Numbered from the stretch's first letter, positions 1 to 8,674 are shown. The stretch: DNA of 24,000 nucleotides from Nanobdellota archaeon (GCA_024654565.1 JANLHM010000001.1:36905-60904), one strand, 5' to 3'. Numbers and translations are program-made. Notes: generated from the letters alone by a model not told the origin.

Positions 1-80
1 GCCGCTTCAGAACTTTTTTTCTTCATACCCATAAAGTCAATAAGAGTGTTATCAATGTCAAATAGAATAGCCTTTATCAT
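1..80 (-). CDS. HAD-superfamily hydrolase, N-terminal fragment (runs off window edge)
   Basis: Reverse complement from 80 reads MIKAILFDIDNTLIDFMGMKKKSSEA; FDIDNTL is the HAD motif I. Confidence 0.7.
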   Translation of the reverse strand, partial: MIKAILFDIDNTLIDFMGMKKKSSEA

Positions 81-119
81 AAAAGAATATAGAAAAGAGA
101 ATTAAAAACTTTTCTTAAA

Positions 120-281
120 TTACATTTGACCAGTTTCATTAAACTTCTTCATGAGTCTTTCAACTACAACCTGAGGTGCAAAACCCTTTCGGCTGCAATT
201 TTTTATGAACTCATCATAGACTTTCCTGTCAAGAGTGTAATCTATCTTCATTTTCTGTGCTCCAGGAGGTGTTGATGCCAT
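120..281 (-). CDS. Small 53-aa protein, possibly ribbon-helix-helix-like
   Basis: My translation: MASTPPGAQKMKIDYTLDRKVYDEFIKNCSRKGFAPQVVVERLMKKFNETGQM*. Short beta segment then two predicted helices; upstream of and co-oriented with the HAD ORF. Not in ORF track. Confidence 0.5.
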   Translation of the reverse strand: MASTPPGAQKMKIDYTLDRKVYDEFIKNCSRKGFAPQVVVERLMKKFNETGQM

Positions 282-336
282 AAAAAGATTAAATTAACTT
301 GATATATAAAACTTCTCTAAAAACTTTTTTTACCCA

Positions 337-819
337 TTATCTTACAAAACTCAGTCTAACCTTTCCGTCAGAAAATGTTTCTAAAACATATTCTTTTATG
401 TTGCCTATCTTTCCTTTGACTGTTTCGCTAATTTTTCCAACAAAATTTGAATAAATTTCACCCATCTTCATTAAATGATTATTTCTTATTGTTTCCATAT
501 TCTTTTTGTGATTTTCACGAATTTCCCTTCTTAAACTGTCAAGATATTCAGAAGAACCTTTGTTATCTTCAACGTTTGAAATGTTAAGGGGTGAGTTGTC
601 TAAAGATTCAACCTTCTTTTCAAGTCCTTTAAATGCAGTCCCAGAGTCAGAATATATGAACCTAATTTTATCTGGGTTGTAAATAATTTTAAACTTCTCT
701 AAAATTTCAGGATTCATACCTGAAAATAAGTATTCCCTTTGATTTTCAGTTAAATCTTCCTCCCAAAAATAATTCTTTAACTTTTCTTTCAAATTTTGGT
801 ATATTTCTTTTATTTTCAT
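337..819 (-). CDS. Hypothetical protein with 11-residue helical repeats
   Basis: 160-aa ORF abutting the upstream ORF (TAAATG junction). Contains IRENHKKNMET-IRNNHLMKMGE-IYSNFVGKISE. Confidence 0.7.
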   Translation of the reverse strand: MKIKEIYQNLKEKLKNYFWEEDLTENQREYLFSGMNPEILEKFKIIYNPDKIRFIYSDSGTAFKGLEKKVESLDNSPLNISNVEDNKGSSEYLDSLRREIRENHKKNMETIRNNHLMKMGEIYSNFVGKISETVKGKIGNIKEYVLETFSDGKVRLSFVR

Positions 820-1212
820 TTAACTTGCTTTTCTTTTTATTCTAATAGTTGTACCCAGAGCTTTTCTTTTCCAAAAAAGTCCATCTTCTTCAACATATGG
901 TAAGGCTTCAAAACCATCTACTTTTGAGGCTTCTTCTTCAGAAACTTTATTGAGGTAAGTCTGGGCATAATTATTAATCGCGTTATTTCTTATACTTTCC
1001 ATAACCTCTTCATGATTTGACTTTATTTTAGTCATATTTTCTAAGTGATCGCTTTTTATTTTTTCTTTTATCACGTTCAGGTATTCACTTGCTTCATTTA
1101 ATGCAAGGGTATTTTCTGGATTTTCTGTATAGAAAGTGGGTTGAATATTATACCTTAAAAAATAATCTTCCTCTAAAATTGAAGGCAAATTTCTTTTGTT
1201 TGAAGAGTTCAT
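820..1212 (-). CDS. Hypothetical protein sharing the helical repeat module of its neighbour
   Basis: 130-aa ORF; 4-nt ATGA overlap with the upstream ORF; SD-like GGAGGG upstream of ATG. Contains IKSDHLENMTK-IKSNHEEVMES-IRNNAINNYAQ. Confidence 0.7.
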   Translation of the reverse strand: MNSSNKRNLPSILEEDYFLRYNIQPTFYTENPENTLALNEASEYLNVIKEKIKSDHLENMTKIKSNHEEVMESIRNNAINNYAQTYLNKVSEEEASKVDGFEALPYVEEDGLFWKRKALGTTIRIKRKAS

Positions 1213-1505
1213 ATTACTTCCACCCTCCCATCCATTACTCTTTTTTCTAACTTCTTCAAATTATTTGAATAATCCAATTCTTTATTTTTTGTCTTTTGAT
1301 AATATTTCATTACTTCTTCTTTCTTGTACTCAAATTCTCCTTTATTATGGTCTTCAGAACTAATTTTTGCCATTTTATAGACTGAATAACCCGCCGCAAC
1401 AATTCCCAAAGGTGGAAAAACAACTAGTGCAATAGAAGCCCCTGCCCAAAGAGCAGCGATCTTTCCTATAACTTTTCCATTATATTTGGTTGTCGTTAAT
1501 GACAT
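1209..1505 (-). CDS. Small hypothetical membrane protein
   Basis: 98-aa ORF with hydrophobic segment IGKIAALWAGASIALVVFPPLGIVAAGYSVYKM and charged C-terminal tail; overlaps next ORF by 4 nt. Confidence 0.65.
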   Translation of the reverse strand: MSLTTTKYNGKVIGKIAALWAGASIALVVFPPLGIVAAGYSVYKMAKISSEDHNKGEFEYKKEEVMKYYQKTKNKELDYSNNLKKLEKRVMDGRVEVI

Positions 1506-1634
1506 TTTACAATGTAACCTCCATTAAGAACTCCAGCAAACCAACTATGCAATCTGCCTGTTTTTTGCATAAAAATCATAGGAGTAAGTATTATATAAAT
1601 GTTACTCTATTAAAATTACTACTGATTTTTAACC

Positions 1635-2141
1635 TTAATTTATCCTTCCTTCGCTATCGAAATTAACGTCATTCTTTTTCCCTGTCAACTCTTTAGGAAT
1701 TTTATACTCTTCAAATTTAACTTTCTTTTTGTCAATCGCACTTTTCAAGTTCTTCTCTTGAGAGTTTAGTTTAGAGTCTCCACTTTTAACTTCAACAAAA
1801 ATAACTTCATTAATCTTTTTTTCATCCATCCCTTTGAAAACTATGAAGTCTGCGGGTTTACCTAAAAATCTGCATTCAGTTGGTTTATATGGGAAGTTTG
1901 GTAAATATGGTGCGAGGTTCTCACTAAATTGCCCCCCAATGACCGCTCTAGACCTCAAAATTGCCTCTTTTCGGTATTCTGGTAAGTTAAGCTCCCACTC
2001 TCTGTTTTTCTTCTGAGCCCCAAATTTTAATCCTATGTAAAATGCAAGAAATCCCCCTATGATTAAAGTAATAAGAAAAATAATAGTAGTTGAATCCATA
2101 ATAGATTTAATGGGGTCTTTGTTTTTATTGTTTCCCTTCAC
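1635..2141 (-). CDS. Membrane-anchored predicted endonuclease distantly related to archaeal Holliday junction resolvase (COG4741/Endonuc_Holl-like)
   Basis: N-terminal TM (TTIIFLITLIIGGFLAFYIGLKFG) then PTECRFLGKPADFIVFKG...EVIFVEVKSGDSKLNSQEKNLKSAI, resembling the PD-(D/E)xK D...EVK core. Confidence 0.75.
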   Translation of the reverse strand: MKGNNKNKDPIKSIMDSTTIIFLITLIIGGFLAFYIGLKFGAQKKNREWELNLPEYRKEAILRSRAVIGGQFSENLAPYLPNFPYKPTECRFLGKPADFIVFKGMDEKKINEVIFVEVKSGDSKLNSQEKNLKSAIDKKKVKFEEYKIPKELTGKKNDVNFDSEGRIN

Positions 2142-2214
2142 CCGCCAAATATTTAAATGCTAATTTCCTCATAACATTTCCTTTTAGGGACAAGAAAAAG
2201 GAGGTAAAAAACAA

Positions 2215-2349
2215 ATGGTTGAATGGTGGAAATTTGTTGCAGGTCTTCTTGGAACTGTGGGTGTTGCATGGCAAATGCCTACTGAAGTAAGTGGATGGCT
2301 TGTAGGACTAGCTTTCTTGGCTATATTTGTGAGTAGTTTTTTCGAGTAA
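2215..2349 (+). CDS. 44-aa small membrane protein
   Basis: ATG 2215 to TAA 2349 encodes MVEWWKFVAGLLGTVGVAWQMPTEVSGWLVGLAFLAIFVSSFFE*. SD GGAGGT at 2200-2205 with 9-nt spacing; TATA-like AAATATTTAAAT near 2148-2160. Not in ORF track. Confidence 0.6.
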   Translation: MVEWWKFVAGLLGTVGVAWQMPTEVSGWLVGLAFLAIFVSSFFE

Positions 2350-2473
2350 GATTTAGTCTAATAAATGGCTAATCTCTTAATTTATTTTTCAAATTTAAGG
2401 AAAGAAGGGGCTTTCCTTAAGACTTTTGTTAATTTGCGTTAAGTTTATAATTATTGAAATCTTTGTTTCCGGA

Positions 2474-5400
2474 ATGAAAAATGGGTTTGCTAAAATATTT
2501 TTATTTGCCTTTTTAACATTCGTTTTTGTGCAATTTGCGTATGCGGGAAATTTCGATGGTGAAATACAAAAATTGACTTATTATGCCGAAGAATATGAAA
2601 CAGGCAATATTGATTACGCACGATTGATTATTCAGCTTGGGAGTTTAAGGGAGGGGCTCAATGAAAAACTTGGAGCGATAAAAACTTATGAAGGTGAAAC
2701 ACTCCAGAAGGAACAGGTAAAAAGCGCACTTGGCGAACCGACCGATTACACAAGATGGATATGGGTTGAAAAAGAAAATCGCGAAAAAAAATACGACGAA
2801 GGAATTCCATACTGGGATAAAATAGTTTTTGACGGCAAAAAAATCCAGGTCAGGTTGAATGCTTATCCTGCAGTATTGAAAAAAGGAAATGAAGATAAAA
2901 TAATTTACAGGTTGAATTTCCAGACGAATTTCAAAAAACCCGAGGAAAGCCTGAATTTTAACAAAAAAATTGATGAAATAAAATTGCTTGCACAAAATTA
3001 CAATTCAAACCCATCGCAAAACGGAGCTGAAGAACTTGCAAAAGCAAGCGTAAGCATTGAAAAGATTTTTGAATCATATTTTGGGCAAAGCGAAAGTCAG
3101 TGCGTCGAGAATATGAAAACTATTTTTGGAGAGGAAAACGCCATAGAAACAAACAAAATTTATTCTCAGGAAATCATGCTTGGTGAAGGTGAAAATTATG
3201 AAGCAAGGCTGAACCTTGAAATGTGCGAGGGTTGCAAATGGAACTGGATAAACCTAAACTTCTGGATTGACTCAAGAGGAAAAGGTAAATTCCCGGAAGT
3301 TAAGGAATTTCCCGAAGGAGGAGAGTATAAAGGGCTAAAGAGCGAGGAGTATATGGAAAAAACTGTGAAGCTTGTTGATGAAATAAAATCCGCACTTTCT
3401 GAAAAAAATTTCAACTCTGCAATGGAAAAAGGAATGAAATTAATGGCGTTGACAAATCAATGGAATGAAGTATCTAACAATGTATGGAAGGAAGTTGAGG
3501 AAAAGTACAATGACCGTCTTTTAAGCGAAGAGGAAAGGCAAAAGATAGGCGAAAATTACGGATGGATTAAAAGAGAGCAGGAAAAAAGAGAATACATGGG
3601 GGAGCTTAGTCTTCAAAAATTTAATGAAAGAAAGCAATTTTACTCAAATCTATTTTCAGTCTACGATACAAAGGAATCATATTACGAAGAGACCCGTTTT
3701 GAAATGAGGCTTGTCGAATCATTTGAAACTTTTCAAAAAGAAATCTGTGACAATAATTTAGATGACAACAAAAACGGAGAAATTGATTGCTCGGAAAATT
3801 CATGCACAGGTCAGTTATGCGGGAAAGTATATGGAACTACAGAAGTGAACGGAACGGCAACGCAAGTTGAAAAAAATTTATATTGTATACAAGGAGCATG
3901 TCAGGAAAAGAAAGAAGAATTAAAGATTTCAGAACCTGTTTGCGGAAATAATATTTGTGAAGCAAATGAGGATGTCAACTGCAACCAAGACTGTTTAAGC
4001 TGTCCGGTTTTTGAAACAATAGACTGCAAAGGTAGAGTTATATATAGCGGAACTGATGAAAACAACTGCTCGCTACAGCCAATTTGCGTCGAGAATGAAA
4101 TTTCGTGTAATGTAAAAGAGGATTGTGAAAATCCATTGTGTGGTGAATCAGAATGTGTTGAAGGAATGTGCAAAGTCGTTAACCTTGGCGAATGCAGGGA
4201 AGTAGAATGTAATGAAGAGGAAAAGAAAATGAAAAACTGTGCTTCGGGTGAACAGCTTGTAGATAGCGTATGTGACGGAGGAACCTGGAAAAATCTGGGG
4301 CTTGAATGTGAAGGTGAAGAAATTGAGGTGGTCAAAGAAGAAACAGAAATTTTATCAAATGAATGTTCAGTAGCAAGTGACTGTGGGGGAACAAATGACG
4401 TATGTAGCAACGGAAGATGTGTTTCATTGCCTCAGGTAGCACAAAGTGAGGAGGTCGAAGTTTCTGAGACTCTTGAAGTTGAGAACAAGGAAGAAGAAAA
4501 TGAAGTGATTGAAGAAAATGCCAAAGAAGAATCGGCGATAAGTTCAACTGCTGAAGAAATTATAACTGGAAACTTTTTAATGAGGTTTACAAGAAGTTTG
4601 CTAAAACTAACGGGATATGATATTGAGGGGGAAGGAGGGGAAAGCACCATTTCTTCACCTGAAGAACCTTTGGAACCGGTTGAATCTGGAAATGAGGGTG
4701 AAGGAGAAACAACCATAGTGGAAGAGGATAATGTTCAGGAAGAAAATGTAAACTCAGACAATGAAGAAAATGATGAGTTTGACCGTGAGAGAGAAGAGAA
4801 AGAAAGAAGAGAAAATGAATGTGAAAATAGGTGCGAAAGAGAATGTTATGATATGAAAACAAGGCCGTGCGTTGAAGATTGCATATGGGGAGCATGCGGA
4901 GATGAATTAAGCTGTGATGTTGATGAAATTTCGTCCTCGTGTGAATCAACCTGCAAAGAAGATTCCAACATAGGAGAATGTAAGAACACCTGTGAGGAGA
5001 AATGCATTAGGGGAGAAAATACATGGGAGGAACCCGAAATAAAAGAGGACAAGATGATGAATAACGGAGGATTTTCAGCAACGGGTTCATGCAGAAGTGC
5101 TCGAGGACAGACATACGGAAATGTTTGGTTCGGAGGGTGGGGCGAGAATTTCCAGAAAATAGAAAAGCTAAAACAAAGAGAGTATATGGGGGGGCAAAGT
5201 GATTGGTGCAAAATGGAATCTGAAAATCTTTTGAAGCAGAGAAAAGAGCTTGAAAAAAGCTTGAACGATGAGTTTGCAAGATGGTTCTTTGAAGATTATC
5301 TTGCCAATTCAGCTGAAAATTGGGAGGATGCCGTTTCAGGAATTTATGAATTGTACTGGAAAGACGTAGACACAAGTAGGGAGATGACTTTTAGAATGAA

Positions 5401-6208
5401 ATGTGCCGAAATCACGACGATGCCTGAATACAACCTTATTAATTTTTTATACTCTTCCGAGTATGGTAGTATCGAATTTTGGGAAGAATTAAAGGAAGTA
5501 GAACTTGAAGAACTTGAAGGAGAAAAGGTAACCATTATTTCGCCTTACATGAAAATATGGGTTTTCCCGTCGAAAGAGTTTCTGAAGTATGAGATGAAAA
5601 AATCAATGGAAGAACATAAATTTCCGGGAAAAAAAGAAGATAGTTCTGAAAGGGAAAATGAAGGGGGATTGACCGAATATGAAAAACTTAAAATAAAAGA
5701 GGACAAGGCATTTATGAAGATTGTAAAAAAAATTTCTAGCAAATATGGCGGAAATTTTGATGGAGTAGTTCAGATAAAAGATTTTGAAAATGGTGAAGTT
5801 ATATTTAACATCAAAGTACAGGTCAATGAAGAGGATGTAATTAAAATGGAACCTATGCCATATTCGGAAGTTAGCGAAGAGGATGCAAGACTTGAAATAG
5901 ACTTTGAAAAAGTTTATGACCTAATTTACACCTCTGAAAAAGAGATGGAGGAAGTTAGAATAGAAAGTCCTCCTTGGGACAAAAAATCAACCCCCGGGCA
6001 AAAAATAAAAGAAATAACAAATGGGATTAAAATGTTTTTCAAAATAAGAAGCATTGTGAATTCTGCCGTAATTATTCCAGAAGATGCAAGAAACGATGTT
6101 AACGATTTATTTAACGCCTTTATGAAATTGATGATGAGGGGTGGAATTGACGAGGGAGAAATGGAAAGGGGAGAAATTGAAGAAACATCAGATAAAATTT
6201 TGCAATAA
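2474..6208 (+). CDS. Very large exported Cys-rich, Glu/Lys-rich protein with EF-hand-like and Cys-repeat segments
   Basis: ORF-track start is 2426, but a TATA-like AAGTTTATAAT (2441-2451) lies about 26-30 nt upstream of ATG 2474, where a signal peptide starts: MKNGFAKIFLFAFLTFVFVQFAYAG. Contains DNNLDDNKNGEIDC, CGNNICEANEDVNCNQDC and CSVASDCGGTNDVCSNGRC. Confidence 0.8.
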   Translation: MKNGFAKIFLFAFLTFVFVQFAYAGNFDGEIQKLTYYAEEYETGNIDYARLIIQLGSLREGLNEKLGAIKTYEGETLQKEQVKSALGEPTDYTRWIWVEKENREKKYDEGIPYWDKIVFDGKKIQVRLNAYPAVLKKGNEDKIIYRLNFQTNFKKPEESLNFNKKIDEIKLLAQNYNSNPSQNGAEELAKASVSIEKIFESYFGQSESQCVENMKTIFGEENAIETNKIYSQEIMLGEGENYEARLNLEMCEGCKWNWINLNFWIDSRGKGKFPEVKEFPEGGEYKGLKSEEYMEKTVKLVDEIKSALSEKNFNSAMEKGMKLMALTNQWNEVSNNVWKEVEEKYNDRLLSEEERQKIGENYGWIKREQEKREYMGELSLQKFNERKQFYSNLFSVYDTKESYYEETRFEMRLVESFETFQKEICDNNLDDNKNGEIDCSENSCTGQLCGKVYGTTEVNGTATQVEKNLYCIQGACQEKKEELKISEPVCGNNICEANEDVNCNQDCLSCPVFETIDCKGRVIYSGTDENNCSLQPICVENEISCNVKEDCENPLCGESECVEGMCKVVNLGECREVECNEEEKKMKNCASGEQLVDSVCDGGTWKNLGLECEGEEIEVVKEETEILSNECSVASDCGGTNDVCSNGRCVSLPQVAQSEEVEVSETLEVENKEEENEVIEENAKEESAISSTAEEIITGNFLMRFTRSLLKLTGYDIEGEGGESTISSPEEPLEPVESGNEGEGETTIVEEDNVQEENVNSDNEENDEFDREREEKERRENECENRCERECYDMKTRPCVEDCIWGACGDELSCDVDEISSSCESTCKEDSNIGECKNTCEEKCIRGENTWEEPEIKEDKMMNNGGFSATGSCRSARGQTYGNVWFGGWGENFQKIEKLKQREYMGGQSDWCKMESENLLKQRKELEKSLNDEFARWFFEDYLANSAENWEDAVSGIYELYWKDVDTSREMTFRMKCAEITTMPEYNLINFLYSSEYGSIEFWEELKEVELEELEGEKVTIISPYMKIWVFPSKEFLKYEMKKSMEEHKFPGKKEDSSERENEGGLTEYEKLKIKEDKAFMKIVKKISSKYGGNFDGVVQIKDFENGEVIFNIKVQVNEEDVIKMEPMPYSEVSEEDARLEIDFEKVYDLIYTSEKEMEEVRIESPPWDKKSTPGQKIKEITNGIKMFFKIRSIVNSAVIIPEDARNDVNDLFNAFMKLMMRGGIDEGEMERGEIEETSDKILQ

Positions 6209-6239
6209 ATATTTAAACAATTAATTTTTTTATAATTCA

Positions 6240-6824
6240 ATGAATCTCCCGATAACAAGAGAAAAGGCGATTGAAGTTTTGAAATCCCAAAACCCAGAAG
6301 AGTTTGACTTTATTCATTACTTAATGAGTGAAGCAGTTATGAGAGAAGTTGCTTTAAAATTGGGTGAAGACCAAGGTTACTATGGCGTTTTAGGTTTACT
6401 TCATGATGTTGACTGGACTTTAACAAAGAAAGATGTGAAAACCCATTTAACTCTTGCCCCCGAAATTTTGAAAAGTATGGGTTTTGACTCTGAATTTATT
6501 GAGAACGTTTTGTCTCATGGTTATGGGTTTGAGGAACTCCCAGAATTAAAAGACAAAGTAAGAACTAAGAAAATTGAGTGGGCACTTGCCGCTTCAGAAA
6601 CTTTAACTGGATTAGTTTACGCCTATGCTTTAATGAGGGGAAAAAAGATAAGCGACATGGAATTAAAAGGATTAAAGAAAAAGTTTAAAGACAAAGCATT
6701 TGCAGCAGGGTGCAGTCGTGACATAATTACAGAAATTGAAAAAACAGGTTTAACTCTTGACGAATTACTTGAATGCGGAATAAACGGGATAAAAAAGATA
6801 AAAAGTGAAATTGGTTTAGAGTAA
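6240..6824 (+). CDS. HD-domain (HDIG-like) hydrolase
   Basis: 194 aa; HYLMSEAVMREVA...GVLGLLHDVDW...HLTLAPEIL...SHGY pattern of small HDIG proteins. TATA-like ATATTTAAAC about 26 nt upstream. Confidence 0.75.
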   Translation: MNLPITREKAIEVLKSQNPEEFDFIHYLMSEAVMREVALKLGEDQGYYGVLGLLHDVDWTLTKKDVKTHLTLAPEILKSMGFDSEFIENVLSHGYGFEELPELKDKVRTKKIEWALAASETLTGLVYAYALMRGKKISDMELKGLKKKFKDKAFAAGCSRDIITEIEKTGLTLDELLECGINGIKKIKSEIGLE

Positions 6825-6879
6825 ATTTTTTAAAAATAAAAACCCTTATAAAAGGTAATAAATCAATTATAAAATTAAA

Positions 6880-7311
6880 ATGATTGTAAAAGACACAAGT
6901 AAAGTTAAAATTGAGTATGAAGGTTTTCTTGACAGTGGAGAAGTTTTTGACACTTCAAGGGGTAGAGCTCCTTTAGAATTTGTTATTGGTAAAAATCAAG
7001 TTATTTTGAGTCTTGAAAAAGGAATAATGGGTATGAAAAAAGGGGAAGAGAAAGAAATTAAAATTGAGGCTAAAGATGCTTATGGAGAAAAAAATCCTGA
7101 TTTTTTTGGGAAAATCCCTAAGGAAAAACTCCCCATTGATTCAAGAGATAAAGTTGAAGCGGGGTCAATATTAATTATGAAACTTCCGGAGGGACATGAA
7201 GTTCCTGTTAAGATTTTAGAAGTTGATGAAAATGAAGTGACTCTAGATTTAAATCATCCTCTTGCAGGGGAAAACCTTAATTTCAAAGTAAAAATTGTTG
7301 ACGTTGAGTAA
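6880..7311 (+). CDS. FKBP-type peptidyl-prolyl cis-trans isomerase (SlyD-like)
   Basis: SKVKIEYEGFLDSGEVFDTSRG...PLEFVIGKNQVILSLEKGIMGMKKGEEKEIKI...AYGEKNPD is typical. TATA-like CTTATAAAA about 26 nt upstream. Confidence 0.93.
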   Translation: MIVKDTSKVKIEYEGFLDSGEVFDTSRGRAPLEFVIGKNQVILSLEKGIMGMKKGEEKEIKIEAKDAYGEKNPDFFGKIPKEKLPIDSRDKVEAGSILIMKLPEGHEVPVKILEVDENEVTLDLNHPLAGENLNFKVKIVDVE

Positions 7312-7373
7312 TTAATTTCGAAATATCCTTTTTTAATCCAAAAATTTAAAACTCTTCTTAATCTTTATTTTTC

Positions 7374-7985
7374 ATGTCAAAAGAAATTTTATCCCGTGGA
7401 GCTGAAGCAGTAATTTACAAGGATGGAGAAAATGTCCTGAAGGTGAGGCTCTCTAAAGGTTACAGGCTCCCTGAAATTGACAAGAGAATTATAAAAAGAA
7501 GAACAAAGTCTGAAACTAAGATTTTAATGAAGGCGTCTTCAATAGTTAACACTCCAAGACCTGAAGAAACAAAAAATGAAAATGAAATAATAATTCCCCA
7601 TATTGATGGAGATAAACTTTCAGAAACTCTAAGTTCATATGACGAAAAAAAGCAAAAGGAAGTAATGAAAAGTGTAGGAAAAGAAGTAGGAAAACTTCAT
7701 GAAGTGGGAATTGTTCACGGGGACTTGACAACTTCAAACATGATTCTTAAAGAAGAGAAAGTTTACATTATTGACTTTGGGCTCGGTTCATTTAATGGGA
7801 AGTGTGAACAAAAAGGCGTTGACGTTCATTTGTTGAAGCAAGCGCTTGAAGCAAAACACTTTCAAAATCATGAAAAACTTTTCAGTTGGTTTAAGGAAGG
7901 ATATGAATCAATAAATAAAGAAGAATCAAAAAAAGTTTTTCTTCGTGTAAATGAAATTGAGAAAAGAGGAAGGTACAGACATTAA
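7374..7985 (+). CDS. bud32: KEOPS complex kinase Bud32
   Basis: ILSRGAEAVIYKDGENVLKVRLSKGYRLPEIDKRIIKRRTKSE...GIVHGDLTTSNMIL...VYIIDFGLGS; Bud32 signature and C-terminal RGRYR. Confidence 0.93.
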   Translation: MSKEILSRGAEAVIYKDGENVLKVRLSKGYRLPEIDKRIIKRRTKSETKILMKASSIVNTPRPEETKNENEIIIPHIDGDKLSETLSSYDEKKQKEVMKSVGKEVGKLHEVGIVHGDLTTSNMILKEEKVYIIDFGLGSFNGKCEQKGVDVHLLKQALEAKHFQNHEKLFSWFKEGYESINKEESKKVFLRVNEIEKRGRYRH

Positions 7986-8170
7986 ACTTTGAAATAATCA
8001 ATTATTCTTTTAAAAAATAAATAATATTTATTACGGTTTTCTTTAACCTCTTCAAGACTGTATTCTTTAGTTTTTTCATCCCAATCCAATAATCTATCTG
8101 GGTCCTTAGTCGGGGGATGGTCTCCAACAAAAGAATCTAACTCTTGAACATTCGCCCCCACAACAGTCAT
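7982..8170 (-). CDS. Short hypothetical protein (62 aa)
   Basis: ORF overlapping the bud32 end by 4 nt; in-frame stop immediately before the ATG; TATA-like CTTTAAAAAA at 8201-8210 on the minus strand. Confidence 0.4.
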   Translation of the reverse strand: MTVVGANVQELDSFVGDHPPTKDPDRLLDWDEKTKEYSLEEVKENRNKYYLFFKRIIDYFKV

Positions 8171-8256
8171 CTAAAGCCATGCCTTATTAATGCCGTTGAA
8201 TTTTTTAAAGATTATCCATCAAAACATTTATAACGGAATTTTAATTTTAAACGCAA

Positions 8257-8649
8257 ATGAAAAAATTGTTAGAAAAAGAAATAAAATGTAAAGAAGATTC
8301 TTTTGCCGAAAAAGTAAAAGAAAAAGGGGGACTTGCAGGAGTTATTGGGGTGGGAGTTCTGGGATTTGTTCATACTCTTTCACATGTAATTCCCGCAATA
8401 GGGGCACTTAGTATGTCTCAGCTTGAACACTCATCTGAAGAAGCTCTTTACCTCTTTGGGTATAATGTTGAACCCATTTTATCTCATCCTGTAATGCAGA
8501 TTGCTTACCTTGCTTTTGTTCCTTTAAGTTTTTACTATATATGGAACGATCATAAGCACCATAAACATGAAAAGGAAGTAAGAAGTGAACTCTTAAGGGC
8601 AAAACAAGAAATTGAAGAACTTAAAAAAGAAAAATTAAATTTAAAATAG
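8257..8649 (+). CDS. Small His-rich membrane protein, function unknown
   Basis: 130 aa with two hydrophobic segments (GLAGVIGVGVLGFVHTLSHVIPAIGAL; VMQIAYLAFVPLSFYYI) followed by NDHKHHKHEKE. TATA-like ATTTATAAC about 26 nt upstream. Confidence 0.65.
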   Translation: MKKLLEKEIKCKEDSFAEKVKEKGGLAGVIGVGVLGFVHTLSHVIPAIGALSMSQLEHSSEEALYLFGYNVEPILSHPVMQIAYLAFVPLSFYYIWNDHKHHKHEKEVRSELLRAKQEIEELKKEKLNLK

Positions 8650-8674
8650 CCCCCCCGATCCTTTAAATAGGTCC
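8647..8674 (-). repeat. Decayed copy 1 of tRNA-Gln 3' end sequence
   Basis: + strand TAGCCCCCCCGATCCTTTAAATAGGTCC, aligns to 8729-8757 and partly to the tRNA-Gln 3' end. Confidence 0.5.

Noticed and set aside
1834-2016. 60-aa + ORF inside the resolvase-like nuclease gene
   Set aside because: Antisense to recognisable nuclease motifs; likely spurious.
2426-2473. N-terminal extension MLICVKFIIIEIFVSG of the giant ORF
   Set aside because: It contains the TATA-like box at 2441-2451; the signal peptide begins at the internal ATG 2474.
2645-6258. Eight or more antisense ORFs (e.g. 3901..4410 -, 5007..5375 -, 4846..5211 -) opposite the giant exported protein
   Set aside because: They are Phe/Ser/Leu-rich readings of Glu/Lys-rich codons (GAA/AAA reversed to TTC/TTT), with no domain or start signal. 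They are compositional artefacts.
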